DNA from: the human T2T-CHM13v2.0 reference genome, Homo sapiens
Assembly: GCF_009914755.1 (NCBI RefSeq)
Contig: NC_060935.1
Length of the DNA: 64,000 nt
Strand: one strand, 5' to 3'
Numbering within the stretch: position 1 is the stretch's first letter; the number at the start of each line of letters is the position of its first letter. The notes beneath the pieces were generated by a model. It saw nothing but the letters and a program-made list of their open reading frames with translations. It had not been told where the DNA came from and made no database searches. Both the position numbers and the translations under genes were made by a program. Of this stretch, positions 61,156-64,000 are shown piece after piece.

Positions 61156-61939
61156 GTAGTCTGGCAATTTAATTAACTTCTTTATGCTCTCACTTTTTTC
61201 AACTGTAAAATAGGGATGATGACAATATGACCTAAGTTATAAGCTTGTAGCAAGCACAAAATGAATGTAAATTATATGTGTTTAGAAGAGTTTCTGTTAC
61301 ATAATTTTTACTACAGAAATTTGATAATAATCATAAAGACATACATTGACAAATACTGATTTTCACTTTAAGATAATTGCCTTATATTTTTAATAGTCCC
61401 TATAAGTTTGAGTATTCCATGAACATGGGACTAAATAGAACATGATAATCAACATTTGACTAATGTTGGGTAAGCGCATAAACTCCTTGGATGAAGCTCC
61501 TCATTTCTTTGATTAAGGAAAATTGTAAAATGTAATTTTCTATGATTCAACAAATAAATAGAATGTGTGTGTGACATCAGCAGTTATAGAGCTAAATATG
61601 TCTATAAACTGTTCTCTAAAAGCATTTAGTCTAATTCTTTTAATTCTTGAAATCTCAAATCTTGAATTCTTGCTTTATAGAATAGTTTGCAGAATTCAGA
61701 TCTCATTTAAACATACAGGATTACAACAGGAAGAGGAGCTATCAGGATTCATAAAGAAAACCAGGGCCTGTATCCACCTAACATGTCACTGCTGGGCAAG
61801 TTCCAATAAATGTCTCAAGAAGATTAGATCTAGTCATCCTTAGGCAGGAATTATTTCTTTATTCTGGTGGTGTTCTGCCTGCTAACTGGAGCCAGACTGA
61901 ACCTGATTGGTGTGGAATGGAGTTCAGAGCAGCCCAGGA

Positions 61940-62100
61940 GCAGTGGTTCTTGGTTCTGCTTTATATTAGAATCACTAAGAAGCTTTGAAAATGTATTGAG
62001 AGGCTGATGTAGTTGGTTTTAGATGTGCTCAATCATCAATACTTTGAGAAGCCTCCCGAGATGACTCTAATGCATAGCCTAGAATTGAAACCCACCAGAT
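61940..62100. mobile_element. MER5-type hAT-Charlie element
   Basis: 'cagtggttct...attagaatcac...aagcctcccgagatgactctaatgcatagcc...ttgaaaccca'. Confidence 0.65.
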
Positions 62101-62206
62101 TAGGTGAGCTCATTGCAGTTAAGTATACCATCAATAAAGAAACAGAACTCAACACAGTGGTTTATAAAATTGTGTCTCATAGAATTACCTAATTTAGAGA
62201 TATAGC

Positions 62207-62327
62207 TATGATAAGCAAGACATCCTAGTTTGTCCAGAATATTCCAGGTTTATTACGGAAAGTTCCATGTCCCTGGAACAATCCCTTTCCCCAAGTTCCT
62301 GGCAAACCAAGACACTTGGCCAACCTA
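62207..62327. mobile_element. MER81-like hAT-Blackjack MITE
   Basis: Degenerate terminal inverted repeats 'catcctagtttgtccag' ... 'cctggcaaaccaagacacttggccaaccta'. Confidence 0.6.
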
Positions 62328-62944
62328 ACAAAAAAAAATCCATTTTTATTATAATATGCAGCATAAAAATGTATTGCATATCAATGGACATAATTATATT
62401 TAATGCCAAAATGTTAACATGATGGAAACCATCAATATATTAATTTTGCATTAAGTTTGTGGTTAAGTACACATGTAAGACTTTATACTAAATGACTCCT
62501 GCTATTTCTATGTTTATATTTAAACATTTTATTAAAGGTGTTTCCAATTTCCCAGATTATTGCCCTTCCATTTTCTCTATTTTTAAATTTATTCCTGAGC
62601 AAGTCTGTTCACATAAAATTATATGAGTGAGCACAGTGCTCTAGCAAAAGTGTGTCATGTTCAATCAAATGCTGAGAAGGTTTAAGCACATCTGCTCAGT
62701 GATTGCTCTTTTAATGGCATCGCAGTCAGTTATGCAAAAACAAGCTCAACACCCAACAAAAACCCACAGTGGTATTGTATTATCAACATTTGAGGCTACA
62801 TTTTAGGATTTAGATGCTTTTGTAAATTTTTATTTTCAATAAGGAATGCAAGTAATTGTACAATGTTAGATGATAGTAATTCTACTTTAAATTATTAACA
62901 ATGGCTGGAGCAGAACAGTCAATTGATAAAGATATATCAAATCA

Positions 62945-63066
62945 AAGAAAGAACTAAGGAAGGAAGGAAAAACAGACAAAAGATAAAAAGGACATGAAAG
63001 GGAAAAGGAAAAGAGGGAAGAAAGAAAAAAGGAAGGAAGGAGGGAAGGAAGGAAGGAAGGAAGGAA
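62945..63066. repeat. GA-rich / (GGAA)n simple repeat
   Basis: Directly visible. Confidence 0.85.
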
Positions 63067-64000
63067 ATTTCTATAATAAGCATGCAAGCTTCTGGATGGA
63101 TTCTGTATCTATAAAAATGTATTTTTAAATTGCATTATAAAGTCTTTTGAAGGTTCATTATCAAATTTCTAATTTGTGTGAATTTGGATTTTTGATACAT
63201 CACCAAGATAAAACAGAAATAATTAGATGTCAATGATATGTAAGAAATTATTTGAACTTAGTATTTATTCTATAACTATTTTGTTTTACTTTTGTAGTTT
63301 CTTTTAATTGTTTTCCAGCTAAAGTGACATTGAACCAGACAAGGTCTAAATTGAGTTTCTATGATTACTGTTTAACTCTATTCAAACAATTCTGTGGGAA
63401 AGCCCATGGGTTATTATTTTATGGGACTGAGAACATAGTGTGACCTCTGCATACACAAGATGATTGACTGTATCTCAGTTCTTACTGGAAATTAAGTTTT
63501 ATACTTCTGGCAAATATGCCTGCTAGACTATGTTCTAGCACAGAAGAAAACTAAACATGTTGGTCATCCAAGCCAGATAATTTGTATATATTTACTGGGC
63601 TCAAGGTATATCTTAGTTGTCTACAAAATGTTGAGAAATAGATTCTGAAACTTGGCTGTTTATTCCAAAGAAGCATAGAAATTAAAAGAGAAAGAGAAGG
63701 GGAGTTTGCCAAAGGCTGTCAGTGGGTGCTGCTATGATTAAAAACTGCTTCAGCAAGTCAAGCCAAAGGCATATAATGACACTTTCCACCAGGGAAGTTC
63801 CACGAACAGCTCAGGTCATATCCATGGTCTTTGCTTATTGCTTTTTATTTTCCTGCCTAAATCCAGCTGAAGCTGTCAGGTCTCTGACACATTTGAGATC
63901 TTGTGTCTTGGTCACACTATAACTCTAGCACACAGTGATGCTTGATGAAAGTGTGTTGATTAAACCTGCCTTTTCACAAGGCCATCCTCTGTACCAAGAT

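Overview
AT-rich hominoid primate (probably human) DNA, intergenic or deep-intronic. The L1PA2-type and AluY elements point to an ape lineage. I found no supportable host protein-coding exon, RNA gene, CRISPR array or new multi-gene system; the long ORFs in the track are transposon-derived. The window is mainly a record of transposition. (1) A near-complete Tigger1 (~4942-9586) carries three nested L1-mediated insertions, including a ~1.64 kb antisense retrocopy that looks like a cellular mRNA 3' UTR, with its own AATAAA, tail and 13-bp TSD. (2) A full-length inactive L1PA4-like element (13464-19634) keeps an open endonuclease frame but has altered YY1 and putative ZNF93 sites. (3) Two neighbouring 5'-inverted (twin-priming-type) L1s each lack 2.5-2.9 kb of L1 sequence between their two segments. 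(4) There are nine Alus plus MaLR, LTR16, MER and ancient L2/MIR/L1M fragments. Unexplained non-TE structure: a ~90-nt hairpin at ~10.2 kb, a 51-bp segment repeated 2.5 kb away beside a fold-back palindrome, and a 152-bp tandem duplication. Subfamily names come from remembered consensus sequences and need RepeatMasker/Dfam confirmation.
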